From: a virus
DNA: 64,000 nucleotides
Virus record (IMG/VR): IMGVR_UViG_3300035689_000004
Coordinates: 28,547-92,546 of that record
Direction: 5' to 3' (one strand)
Part shown: piece by piece, positions 47,316-55,572 of the stretch
Layout of the letters: every line of letters begins with the position of its first letter
Position numbering within the stretch: position 1 is the stretch's first letter
Notes under the pieces: generated by a model
The model's database searches: none
Told to the model about the DNA's origin: nothing
Seen by the model: only the letters and a program-made list of their open reading frames with translations
Position numbers and translations under genes: made by a program

Positions 47316-47554
47316 CTAAGCCCTCTAATCGTCAACCTGTCTTGATCGTAGTCTTCCAGCACTAGAACGCACTCCGCGCCATTGCAGATAAAGTTGAGCG
47401 TGATCTGGGTATCTACGTGGTTCTTTAGCCACCGAGCTGCCACCGCCCCACAGGCGCCATCCACACCCTTGAAACGCAAGCGATCGCCGTCGCTGGTGAT
47501 GTAGAGTGCATTCTCTCCGGGAACATACCGAAAATCCTTGAGCGTCATGTGCAT
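47312..47554 (-). CDS. Hypothetical protein
   Basis: GAAGGGGA RBS; divergent from 47688. Confidence 0.55.
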   Translation of the reverse strand: MHMTLKDFRYVPGENALYITSDGDRLRFKGVDGACGAVAARWLKNHVDTQITLNFICNGAECVLVLEDYDQDRLTIRGLS

Positions 47555-47585
47555 GGCTATCCCCTTCTCCGTGAAACTATCGAAT

Positions 47586-47628
47586 TATTGCATATTTGCT
47601 TGACCATTGCTTATTTGCAATATACTAT
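47586..47628 (+). promoter_or_regulatory. Promoter covered by two family-B operators
   Basis: TTGACC 47600-05, 17 bp, TACTAT; TATTGCATATTTGCTT and ATTGCTTATTTGCAATA flank the -35. Confidence 0.65.
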
Positions 47629-47687
47629 TTGAATTGTGAGCCACGGGGTTCACAACCACTCAAAAGACCACGGAGACGGAGATTGTT

Positions 47688-48071
47688 ATGAGAAGTTTCA
47701 TTATCGGCGCTAGCCTGACTGCTGCCTTGCTTCCCACTATGCCTATGGCAACCACAACCACAACCACAACCACAACCGCGATTGTTGTTGCCATGCGCGG
47801 CGACGGCTACTGCCCGGACGAAAAGTACAGCTCTGATCCAGATTGCGCCCGGGAGGGCGCCCAATGGCGGGGCAGTGGACGGGTAGATGACACTGACAGC
47901 CAAGCTAAGTCCGGACCTAGCCGCGACGACTACCCCCGGTGCCGCAACTGGGAAACAAGCGAACCACGCCCTGCTGGCTGCCGTCGGCGGGCTAACCTGA
48001 TGGCTAGCGCCGAAAGCGATAAGCGGAATCAGTGGCCCGATCGCACACCCCAGCCTGGCCACCTTGGCTAA
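47688..48071 (+). CDS. Secreted peptide precursor containing RGSGR (PatX-like candidate)
   Basis: Signal-peptide-like N-terminus, (CAACCA)n poly-Thr, RGSGR at 47868-47882; GGAG RBS, terminator about 48088-48118. Confidence 0.55.
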   Translation: MRSFIIGASLTAALLPTMPMATTTTTTTTTAIVVAMRGDGYCPDEKYSSDPDCAREGAQWRGSGRVDDTDSQAKSGPSRDDYPRCRNWETSEPRPAGCRRRANLMASAESDKRNQWPDRTPQPGHLG

Positions 48072-48133
48072 TTGACGCAACCCCCTAGGGCTGGCTTCGG
48101 CTGGCCCCCAATTTTTTTATTTAGGAGAGAACC

Positions 48134-48901
48134 ATGGCAGACAACGTTGATACAAATTTGGCGATCGCTCTCGCCCTTGAGGAGATCGCCGCATCCTTGA
48201 AGGCGATCGCGCTATCGACAGTTCCCAAGAGCACTCATCAGGCTTTAGGTTTTCTGGCAGATGACGCACGACCTACCTATATTTATTGCAATCTAACTGG
48301 CGGCGGCGATCGCTGGTATCGCTTGACAGAAGACAACCAAAGGGAAAACATGCCCTCTGCCTTTTTGGGACTGGTAAAAGACCTGCGCTTTGTCAGTAGA
48401 GAGCGAAGTGGCGAGGAAACCGCAAAGTTTGAGCTACACATGGAGGACAAGGACGGTAACGCTTACGTCTTTGAAGCTGGGGCAGAAACGTTCTTTGCTC
48501 GATCCGTTCTAACCGCCCTAAGCCTCTGCCCCGTGGCGGACTTGAGGCAGCCCATTCGACTGTTCAGCTTTGTATCTGATCTGAATAACAAGAAAAAAAC
48601 TCTCAATGTCAGCCTTACCAGCCAGTCTGGAAAGCTAAACGCTAGCTGGAAGAAGGACGACAACTGGCGGGCGATCGCTACCGCCGCCAAGTTCAACGTC
48701 TACAAAGCCCTGGGCAAAGAAGCGCCAGCACCGGAGCCCACCACCCATCCAGCGACACCGCCGCCGCCAACCCGTCCCCCGGCAGGCAATCCACCTGGCG
48801 GAGCCCGCGATCGCATTGCCCAGCGGGCCAGTGTTAGACCCGTCGCCGCCGGGGTGGATTCACGGGCGGCAACTGATTGGGATGAAGAGATACCGTTCTA
48901 G
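48134..48901 (+). CDS. Putative ssDNA-binding protein (SSB-like acidic tail)
   Basis: Pro-rich linker and C-terminal DWDEEIPF like bacterial SSB DFDDDIPF. Confidence 0.55.
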   Translation: MADNVDTNLAIALALEEIAASLKAIALSTVPKSTHQALGFLADDARPTYIYCNLTGGGDRWYRLTEDNQRENMPSAFLGLVKDLRFVSRERSGEETAKFELHMEDKDGNAYVFEAGAETFFARSVLTALSLCPVADLRQPIRLFSFVSDLNNKKKTLNVSLTSQSGKLNASWKKDDNWRAIATAAKFNVYKALGKEAPAPEPTTHPATPPPPTRPPAGNPPGGARDRIAQRASVRPVAAGVDSRAATDWDEEIPF

Positions 48902-48909
48902 GAGTAGCC

Positions 48910-49107
48910 ATGAACCAACCTATTGAGTTGTCTGCTGAAGCGGAGTTTGCGATCGCGGCATTTGAGCAGTCGCTAGACAGCCTGGAGTTTACCCGGGCCA
49001 ACTTTGAAGAGCTCAAGGGTATCGCCCTGGGGCTAAAGCGCCTGGAGGCGGGCCAACGGGCGTTCCTGGCGGCCCAGGTAAAAAGCGCCTGGGGGAGGAA
49101 CCAATGA
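48910..49107 (+). CDS. nblA: Phycobilisome degradation adaptor NblA-like
   Basis: MNQPIELSAEAEFAIAAF...VKSAWG versus recalled Nostoc NblA MNQPIELSLEQQFSIRSF...LKHQWG; same size. Confidence 0.72.
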   Translation: MNQPIELSAEAEFAIAAFEQSLDSLEFTRANFEELKGIALGLKRLEAGQRAFLAAQVKSAWGRNQ

Positions 49108-49334
49108 CCATCAACCGTCTGATCGACCTAATGCGACAAGCCCAGCAGCGGGCAGCATCAGAGCGATCGCTAGTCATGCCCACTAGTTACTCATCGCGCC
49201 GTGGCGTTTCCCATACCCTTCTCTGTTTGGACTGCAAGTACTACAACCCTACCACCCAGGCGTACCTGCGGTGTGCGGTTCACCCCGAAGGACCGGAGGG
49301 CGATACCTTTTGCCCCGACAAGGAGGAGCGATGA
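49104..49334 (+). CDS. DUF6464-like Cys-rich protein
   Basis: CKYY...YLRCAVHPEGP...CPD. Confidence 0.6.
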   Translation: MTINRLIDLMRQAQQRAASERSLVMPTSYSSRRGVSHTLLCLDCKYYNPTTQAYLRCAVHPEGPEGDTFCPDKEER

Positions 49335-49873
49335 GGAGACTGTTATTGCTAGATCACACCGCCCTGGTGCAACACCGCAACGGACCCGGCATCTACATCA
49401 ACAACCGGGACGATATGGTGCTGGTTCCAGGTATCCTAGGCGCCCTGGAGCCTTACATTGATAAGGGCTACAACGTCGCCATCTGTAGCAACCAGGGCGG
49501 CGTTGAGAAAGGCCACCTAGCCTTCGGCGCCTGCCAAAGCCTATTCGGTGAAATGTTCAAGCTGTCCAACTATTGGGTTCAGGCCATTTGGTTTTGCCCC
49601 CTAGCCCGGGGCAGCACCGGCAGTTATGCCATCCAGATGACGATGCCCTACGAGCCTAAGGAATACAGCAAGTGTCAGAAGTATGCCAGCACTGGCTACC
49701 GGATGCCCAAGGCGGGCATGATTTTAGCCGCCATGAACTGGTTCAGGGTGACACCTGAGCAGACCACCATGGTGGGCTTACAGCCAAATGCTTACGATGC
49801 CGCCGCTGATGCGGGCGTCAGAAAGTTTGTCCACAGTTCCTATTTCATTGAAAAAGCGGGAGTATTGCAATGA
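49331..49873 (+). CDS. HAD-IIIA (GmhB/PNKP-type) phosphatase-like protein, catalytic motifs degenerate
   Basis: SNQGGV, RMPKAGM, TMVG; motif I LDHTAL. Confidence 0.65.
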   Translation: MRRLLLLDHTALVQHRNGPGIYINNRDDMVLVPGILGALEPYIDKGYNVAICSNQGGVEKGHLAFGACQSLFGEMFKLSNYWVQAIWFCPLARGSTGSYAIQMTMPYEPKEYSKCQKYASTGYRMPKAGMILAAMNWFRVTPEQTTMVGLQPNAYDAAADAGVRKFVHSSYFIEKAGVLQ

Positions 49874-50994
49874 AGTTTACAGTTGATGCAGAAGTATTGG
49901 CAGAGGCGATCGCGCTGTGCGATCGCGCTATCCCTAAGCGCCCTAGCCGCCCTATCCTGGGCCACATGCTAATGCAGCTAGACAATGGCAGCCTTACCCT
50001 AAAAGGGTTTGACGAAGCGCTAGGGATTAGCTTTTCGTTGCCAGTAGACATGGAGCGATCCGGTGATTGCTGTGTGTCGCCTACCTACCTAAAACCCATC
50101 TTGGAGCGCCTATCAGGGCAGGTGGCTTTAGATCTGCAGCACCCTGTCCTGGTGCTAACCACCCTAGGCGGTGAGTACCGGATTAATACCCTCCTGGCTG
50201 AGGACTACCCCAACTTGCCTGAGGTGGACGGCACCCCGGTGGAGTTGTCCATATCCTCAGAAGAACTACGGGCCGCGATCGCGGCTACGGTGTTCTGTGC
50301 CAGCACCGACGAAAGCAAACAGGTGCTGACCGGCGTCCATTTCTCTGTCACCCCCGGCGAAGAGGGGGAGGCAGGGGTAATGGAATTAGCGGCCACCGAT
50401 GGCCATCGAATGATCGCCTATCCGCTACCCGGCGGTAGTGTTGTCATCCCCGAGGACTATCGCCCCGTCACCCTACCCGGGAAGAGCCTGCGGGAATTGT
50501 TAACCGTCCTGAAGGGCTACGAAGGCACCGTCAAGCTAACCTTTGACGATGTGTCTGTACATGCCCTGTGTGGCGACACCGAGCTTTACAGCCGTGTCAT
50601 CGAGGGGCAATACCCCAACTACCGGCAGCTATTCCCCAAGGTGTTCTCCAAGGTGGCGACCTGCGATCGCAAACCGTTTCTGTTAGCCCTCGATCGCACC
50701 CTGGTGGTGGCCGGTGAAAACCGAGACATCGTTAAGCTGGAGTTTGACACCACTGGGCTGGTGATGAGTGCAGAGGCAAAAGAGGCGGCCAAAGCTCAGG
50801 AGCAGGTTGCCGGTGCAGCCTGCAACGACGCTATCACCCTGGCGGGCAATGGCAAGTACATCAAGGAGGCGCTAACCAACGCGATCGTTGGCGAAACCTT
50901 CACCATGGAGATGAATAAGCCGGAAAGCCCAGTGGTTTTTACAGATGGGTCCCCGGCGACCTATTTGATGATGCCCATTCAGATTAGGAGTTAG
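49870..50994 (+). CDS. dnaN: DNA polymerase III beta sliding clamp
   Basis: RPILG, STDESKQVLTGV, AATDGHR, GQYPNYRQL, YLMMPIQIRS; 374 aa. Confidence 0.95.
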   Translation: MKFTVDAEVLAEAIALCDRAIPKRPSRPILGHMLMQLDNGSLTLKGFDEALGISFSLPVDMERSGDCCVSPTYLKPILERLSGQVALDLQHPVLVLTTLGGEYRINTLLAEDYPNLPEVDGTPVELSISSEELRAAIAATVFCASTDESKQVLTGVHFSVTPGEEGEAGVMELAATDGHRMIAYPLPGGSVVIPEDYRPVTLPGKSLRELLTVLKGYEGTVKLTFDDVSVHALCGDTELYSRVIEGQYPNYRQLFPKVFSKVATCDRKPFLLALDRTLVVAGENRDIVKLEFDTTGLVMSAEAKEAAKAQEQVAGAACNDAITLAGNGKYIKEALTNAIVGETFTMEMNKPESPVVFTDGSPATYLMMPIQIRS

Positions 50995-50996
50995 TT

Positions 50997-51176
50997 ATGA
51001 ACCTGAAGCCCGGCTATGCGATCGCCTATCGCCCATCCACGGAGGAACCCTGGCAACAAGCGTCTGTCTTTGCGGTCGATGGCGATAAGGTGATGGTTAA
51101 ACTGCCACCACGCGCCCACGCGTCTAGGTTTGTCACGGTGGACATTGACAGTGGTTTGATAGGGCCACCGTTCTGA
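50997..51176 (+). CDS. 59-aa small beta protein (not in track)
   Basis: AGGAG RBS, TGATG coupling; MNLKPGYAIAYRPSTEEPWQQASVFAVDGDKVMVKL. Confidence 0.6.
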   Translation: MNLKPGYAIAYRPSTEEPWQQASVFAVDGDKVMVKLPPRAHASRFVTVDIDSGLIGPPF

Positions 51177-51916
51177 TGCAGGAGTTTTACATAGGCTGGC
51201 ATCAGCCCGTCAACGGCCTGTCTGGCTGCGGGGATTTTCCCCGGTGCATGGTGTCAGTCAACCGACTTCTAAGGCGTCGCTCTCCCTTCCCGGTTCAATC
51301 CTGGATATTGGATAGCGGCGCTTTTACTCGCATCGCTAGCGGGCAAGGCCATTTGCCAGCAGAAGACTATGCCAAAGAAATCCGGCGATGGGCAAAAAAC
51401 GGTAACCTTGTGGCAGCTGTAGCGCAGGACTATATGTGTGAGCCATTTATCCTTGGCAAGACCGGGCTAACCATTGAAGACCACCAACGGCTAACCATAG
51501 AAAACTACGATCGCCTGCTTGCCCTAGATACCGGCGTCTATATTATGCCAGTGCTGCAAGGCTACTCCCCCGCTGACTACGTTAGGCACCTGCACGATTA
51601 CGGCGATCGCTTACGTCCTGGACAATGGGTAGGGGTGGGTTCTGTCTGCAAGCGAAACAGCAACCCTGGGGCAATTGAAGCCGTCTTGGTGGCGATTAAG
51701 ACAGCTCGCCCCGATCTGAGGTTGCACGGGTTTGGCGTTAAGAAGACCGCCCTAGAATCTTCAATTGTGTGGGACTTACTTTACTCAGCGGATAGCCAAG
51801 CCCATAGCTTTGCAGCACGGATGGAGAACCGAAACGCCAATTGCCCAAAGGTTGCGCTTAATTACGCCAAAGGCATCGGCAGCCCCTTGCAGGCATCCAT
51901 ATTTTCAGCGTTCTAA
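51176..51916 (+). CDS. DpdA-like (TGT-fold) deazaguanine DNA transglycosylase
   Basis: ILDSGAF, QDYMCEP, MPVLQG, GVGSVC, LHGFG, SADS motifs. Confidence 0.72.
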   Translation: MQEFYIGWHQPVNGLSGCGDFPRCMVSVNRLLRRRSPFPVQSWILDSGAFTRIASGQGHLPAEDYAKEIRRWAKNGNLVAAVAQDYMCEPFILGKTGLTIEDHQRLTIENYDRLLALDTGVYIMPVLQGYSPADYVRHLHDYGDRLRPGQWVGVGSVCKRNSNPGAIEAVLVAIKTARPDLRLHGFGVKKTALESSIVWDLLYSADSQAHSFAARMENRNANCPKVALNYAKGIGSPLQASIFSAF

Positions 51917-51992
51917 CCATTTCTCGAACCTACGCTAAGATAGGCATAGCGTAGGCATAATTTATTTCCTATCCCTAGCTCCTATCTCCTCC

Positions 51993-54722
51993 ATGGTTCT
52001 TCCGGTGGAGGCTATCCTGTCCAAGTCAGCCGATATGGTTGTGGGCGGGGTAGCCTCCAATTTTTTTAGAGATCTTGACGGCGATGCCATTTGCCCGGAC
52101 GCGATTCAACGCGCTATCCCTGGCTTCATGGCAACCCGTGGCCCGGACGGGCTAAAGGGTGGCCCCATTCGCCTGCACCATGGCTTCTGGGAGCGATTTC
52201 TAAAGCAGTCTATCTCTGCCCTTAATATTCCCTACGACCAACAAGTGGGGCTACTAGCCGCGATCGCGCTCCCCCTGGGCCGGGTGACTGAGATGAGCGT
52301 CGATAGCGATGGCACTACGCGCTGGCGGGGTGTCCTGTCTGGCGCTAACCCCATCGCCCGGGTGGTGTGGAATATGCTCAAAGAGGGCATGGTTCACCTT
52401 GGCGTTAGCGTGGGTGGCAAGATCAACGGTGTACGCCCCGGCAGAGATGCGATCGGGCGGACCTGCAACCTGATTACCGACGTACGGCTGGACGAATTGA
52501 GCATTACTGACAACCCGGCCAACCGGCTAATTGAGTCCGAGACCCCCGACAATGGCGCCTACATTACCGCGCTTGCTAAATCTGTGGGTAATACCATGCT
52601 CGCTCAGAAACAACAGCATTACATCTACCTGAATGGCATCGCCTATACCGCTCACCCTAGCGAAGAGCATGGCATTGTCCTACGCAAGGCAGGACGGCGG
52701 CGAGTGCCCTCCCCGGGCCAGCTAGGCTTATTTGGTGGCCACAATGAGGGCGATACCAAAGTAGAGGACGGTGTTACCTATCGGCTAAATGCCAATAGCC
52801 GCTGGGAACGGATGGATAAACCCAAGGCCAGCGGTAAGCCGTCTGGCGGGAAGATGAAGGCGGAAAAACCTGCGATCGTCCCGGTGGTGGAGGCGGAGAA
52901 GGGAGAGGCTAAGCCTGAGGACGTTGAACCTAGCATTTCAACCTCTGCTGAACCTAAAGCAAGCCGCACTAGCAGAAGCTTTACCGCTGAAACGCTTACG
53001 CCTCAAGATATTCAATTGAGCGACATCCAGGAAGTCGCTGGCGAAGAGTCGCTTCACGGGGAAAAGCAATACTCATTAAGGAATTTATTTGATCCTACCG
53101 CTTCACCGCTTAAGCTGGGATTTTTCCCGTCCGCTAATGCGGCCTTAGCCACTGTTCAGGACGAAATGGAGTTTCCGTATTATGTAGGTGAAATGGAGAT
53201 GGCGGCAGGGGCTCTTGGACGCATTGAGCGACGAGAGGCGGTTGCTGAAATGGTGCTTGGCGCGATTCGGAAACGGGTGGCTGACGGCGAATCGGTGCTA
53301 CTGTCCCAAGGGCGGTACGGCATGAGTTCTCGCAATCCCAAAAGTACCGTCATTGATGCCGACAGCGTCGATCTCCTCAGGGCCAGGAATGGGAATATTG
53401 AGCTGAAGCATGGTCAAAAATGGGTACAACATACGGCGGGTTTTGACCTGCTGGAATTGGCCCAGCGGGTAGGACTTGATCCTGAAGCCCTTGATGCCTT
53501 CATTTCAGGTGACTCCGACCCCGAACCCACCGTTAGCGAAATGCTGGAGCAGCAGCAAGCCGCGATCGCGGATGAGCCTATGCCTGAGGGTGAGGCGATG
53601 GAGGGGGCGGATGATGACTGGGAAAGCAAGCTGCAAGAGCTTCAATCCATTGGCAATCAAGCCAAATTAGATGGACCCGAGGGTGTGAAGGATGACGCGA
53701 CAGAGGCGCCTGGGGTTTCTTACAATCCTGACTTAGTGCAGCAACGAATCAACCAAGGTTATTTTGAAGGCCGGGCTTTCTACTCAAAAGCCGTACAAGC
53801 CATGAAAGCAGCATTGTCAGCAGGTAGATCTGTCAAACTGCATTTTGATGACCAAAGTAGCTATGGCGCCAATCTGGTAGCTGAAATCGACGGGGTTCGG
53901 CACCCTATCACTCGCTCGAAACTAAAGCCAAAAGATATTGCGTTTCTCCTGACGGTCAACAGTCATTCGGCAATGGACGTTTCGGCAGGCGCCTTGGAAC
54001 AATTAGGACTAGGCAGCAAAACTGCCCCAACCGGACGCAAACGATCTTCCGCCTTTACCAAATCCTCCACCCCCTCACTCCCCATGACTATCGATAACTT
54101 CCTCCGCAAAGCCCTGGGCAATCCTGGGCGTGAGTTTGGTTCTGGCGCATGGCGGGATACGGGCATCCCGGCGATGGGTCGCAAGGTTGACGCCAAAAGC
54201 CCGCAGCCGAAGGGTGGCAAAGAGGTACAAATGGATGAATCCGGCAGTGCCCATGCCGGTAAGGGTATCGGTGGCAAGCAACCCAAAGCCCATCGCCCCT
54301 ACTCCTCCGGCGGTATGCCCCCCACCGATGTATTCGGTATCACCATCACCCAGCTGACCCGCAACCTAGCTAAAGCTTGCTACATGGACAAGGACGCCTG
54401 GGGTAGCCCGGAGACGGTTTCTTTCTTGACCGACAGCGCCAGGGCGATCGCGGGCATGACTGACACCCCGACCGACCCGATGGTGAACTTTGTCCGGTTC
54501 TTGCAATACTGCACCCGTTTCGCCCAAGAATTGCCGTTTATGAACGACTACCAGGCGGCGGGGACGGTGAAGGCGATGAATGCCGACCTAACCAAAGCAC
54601 TGGACGAATTCGTAGAGAAGATGCCTGAGGAGCTAAAGGGAAAACCTTTGCGCCCTGCCGGTTCACCCGGCGTTGTGGGCATCGACGTTCAGTTTCCCCA
54701 ACAGTACGTTATTTACTCCTAG
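51993..54722 (+). CDS. Prohead maturation protease (HK97-type) fused to a long multi-module extension
   Basis: GVAS...RDLDGD, LHH, GVSVGG, LDELSITDNPAN. Confidence 0.82.
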   Translation: MVLPVEAILSKSADMVVGGVASNFFRDLDGDAICPDAIQRAIPGFMATRGPDGLKGGPIRLHHGFWERFLKQSISALNIPYDQQVGLLAAIALPLGRVTEMSVDSDGTTRWRGVLSGANPIARVVWNMLKEGMVHLGVSVGGKINGVRPGRDAIGRTCNLITDVRLDELSITDNPANRLIESETPDNGAYITALAKSVGNTMLAQKQQHYIYLNGIAYTAHPSEEHGIVLRKAGRRRVPSPGQLGLFGGHNEGDTKVEDGVTYRLNANSRWERMDKPKASGKPSGGKMKAEKPAIVPVVEAEKGEAKPEDVEPSISTSAEPKASRTSRSFTAETLTPQDIQLSDIQEVAGEESLHGEKQYSLRNLFDPTASPLKLGFFPSANAALATVQDEMEFPYYVGEMEMAAGALGRIERREAVAEMVLGAIRKRVADGESVLLSQGRYGMSSRNPKSTVIDADSVDLLRARNGNIELKHGQKWVQHTAGFDLLELAQRVGLDPEALDAFISGDSDPEPTVSEMLEQQQAAIADEPMPEGEAMEGADDDWESKLQELQSIGNQAKLDGPEGVKDDATEAPGVSYNPDLVQQRINQGYFEGRAFYSKAVQAMKAALSAGRSVKLHFDDQSSYGANLVAEIDGVRHPITRSKLKPKDIAFLLTVNSHSAMDVSAGALEQLGLGSKTAPTGRKRSSAFTKSSTPSLPMTIDNFLRKALGNPGREFGSGAWRDTGIPAMGRKVDAKSPQPKGGKEVQMDESGSAHAGKGIGGKQPKAHRPYSSGGMPPTDVFGITITQLTRNLAKACYMDKDAWGSPETVSFLTDSARAIAGMTDTPTDPMVNFVRFLQYCTRFAQELPFMNDYQAAGTVKAMNADLTKALDEFVEKMPEELKGKPLRPAGSPGVVGIDVQFPQQYVIYS
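52686..52901 (+). repeat. Dispersed coding repeat, copy 2
   Basis: Matches 40805-41002. Confidence 0.92.
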
Positions 54723-54737
54723 CTAGGTAACTAGAAA

Positions 54738-55544
54738 ATGGACCCACAAACCCTACAAGCCTTGATGGGAGTATTCCAACAAGGCTTACAAATCCTGCAA
54801 TCTGCCCAGGCGGGTGCCGGTGCGCCCCCTACCGCTGGTGCCCCCGCCGCCAATGGTGCGCCACCCATGTCCCCTGGTGCGCCTCCTGCCATGGACCCCG
54901 ACGACGAGGACATGATGGAAGAGGATGACGAGGACATGGATGCCCCTGAAGCCATGGACGCCGATGATGAAGATGACATGGACGACAGCGGCATGGGTGG
55001 TTCCTCCCTGCACGATCGCGTCAGTCAGCTAGAAAACCACACTGGCCTTAAGAAAAGCGCCCGGGGTGGCTCCTTGCTTGATGCCGTCGCTGCCCTCGAA
55101 GAAACTATCCTTGGCACCGAATACGAAGGTCCCCTAGTAGATCGCGTCAACCAATTAGAAAAAGCGGCAGGCATCAGCCAACGCGCCCAGGACCAAGCAC
55201 CGGACGAAATCCCGCTAGAAAACTTGATCAAGAGCGCGATTGAATCCGGCATCCAACAAGCCATGGCAACCCGTGACCCGGAGGATAACGAAGACCCGGA
55301 CGCTATCCCCGACCTACGCCAGATGCGCAAGGCAGCCAAGGGCCAGCGTTATGGCAGTCGTAAGGGCGTCGCTGGTGCGATCGTCAGTGATGAGGACCTA
55401 GTAAAGAGTGCCGCTAGCCTTGGCTGGGACGGCGATGACCTGGACCGCCCCGTGTCCTTCGGTGATGCGCTGTTGCTGCAATACCATTCACAACAAGCGG
55501 GTGAGCCACTGCCATTTTCAGCTGACGAAGCTGACGACGATTAA
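54738..55544 (+). CDS. Scaffolding protein (putative)
   Basis: Acidic, helical, between protease and capsid; four L-x-K-[AS] sites. Confidence 0.7.
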   Translation: MDPQTLQALMGVFQQGLQILQSAQAGAGAPPTAGAPAANGAPPMSPGAPPAMDPDDEDMMEEDDEDMDAPEAMDADDEDDMDDSGMGGSSLHDRVSQLENHTGLKKSARGGSLLDAVAALEETILGTEYEGPLVDRVNQLEKAAGISQRAQDQAPDEIPLENLIKSAIESGIQQAMATRDPEDNEDPDAIPDLRQMRKAAKGQRYGSRKGVAGAIVSDEDLVKSAASLGWDGDDLDRPVSFGDALLLQYHSQQAGEPLPFSADEADDD

Positions 55545-55572
55545 TTTAGCTACGACATAAGGACCCCAAACC

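Noticed and set aside
16815-51945. Late-promoter consensus GAACC...TAAAAT upstream of portal, DarB-like and protease genes
   Set aside because: Spacing between GAACC and the -10 varies (2, 4, 5 nt); too weak without TSS data
40805-52901. The two approximately 200-bp repeats as att sites or ends of a mobile element
   Set aside because: Both are in-frame coding and differ mainly at synonymous positions, indicating protein-level selection rather than recombination sites
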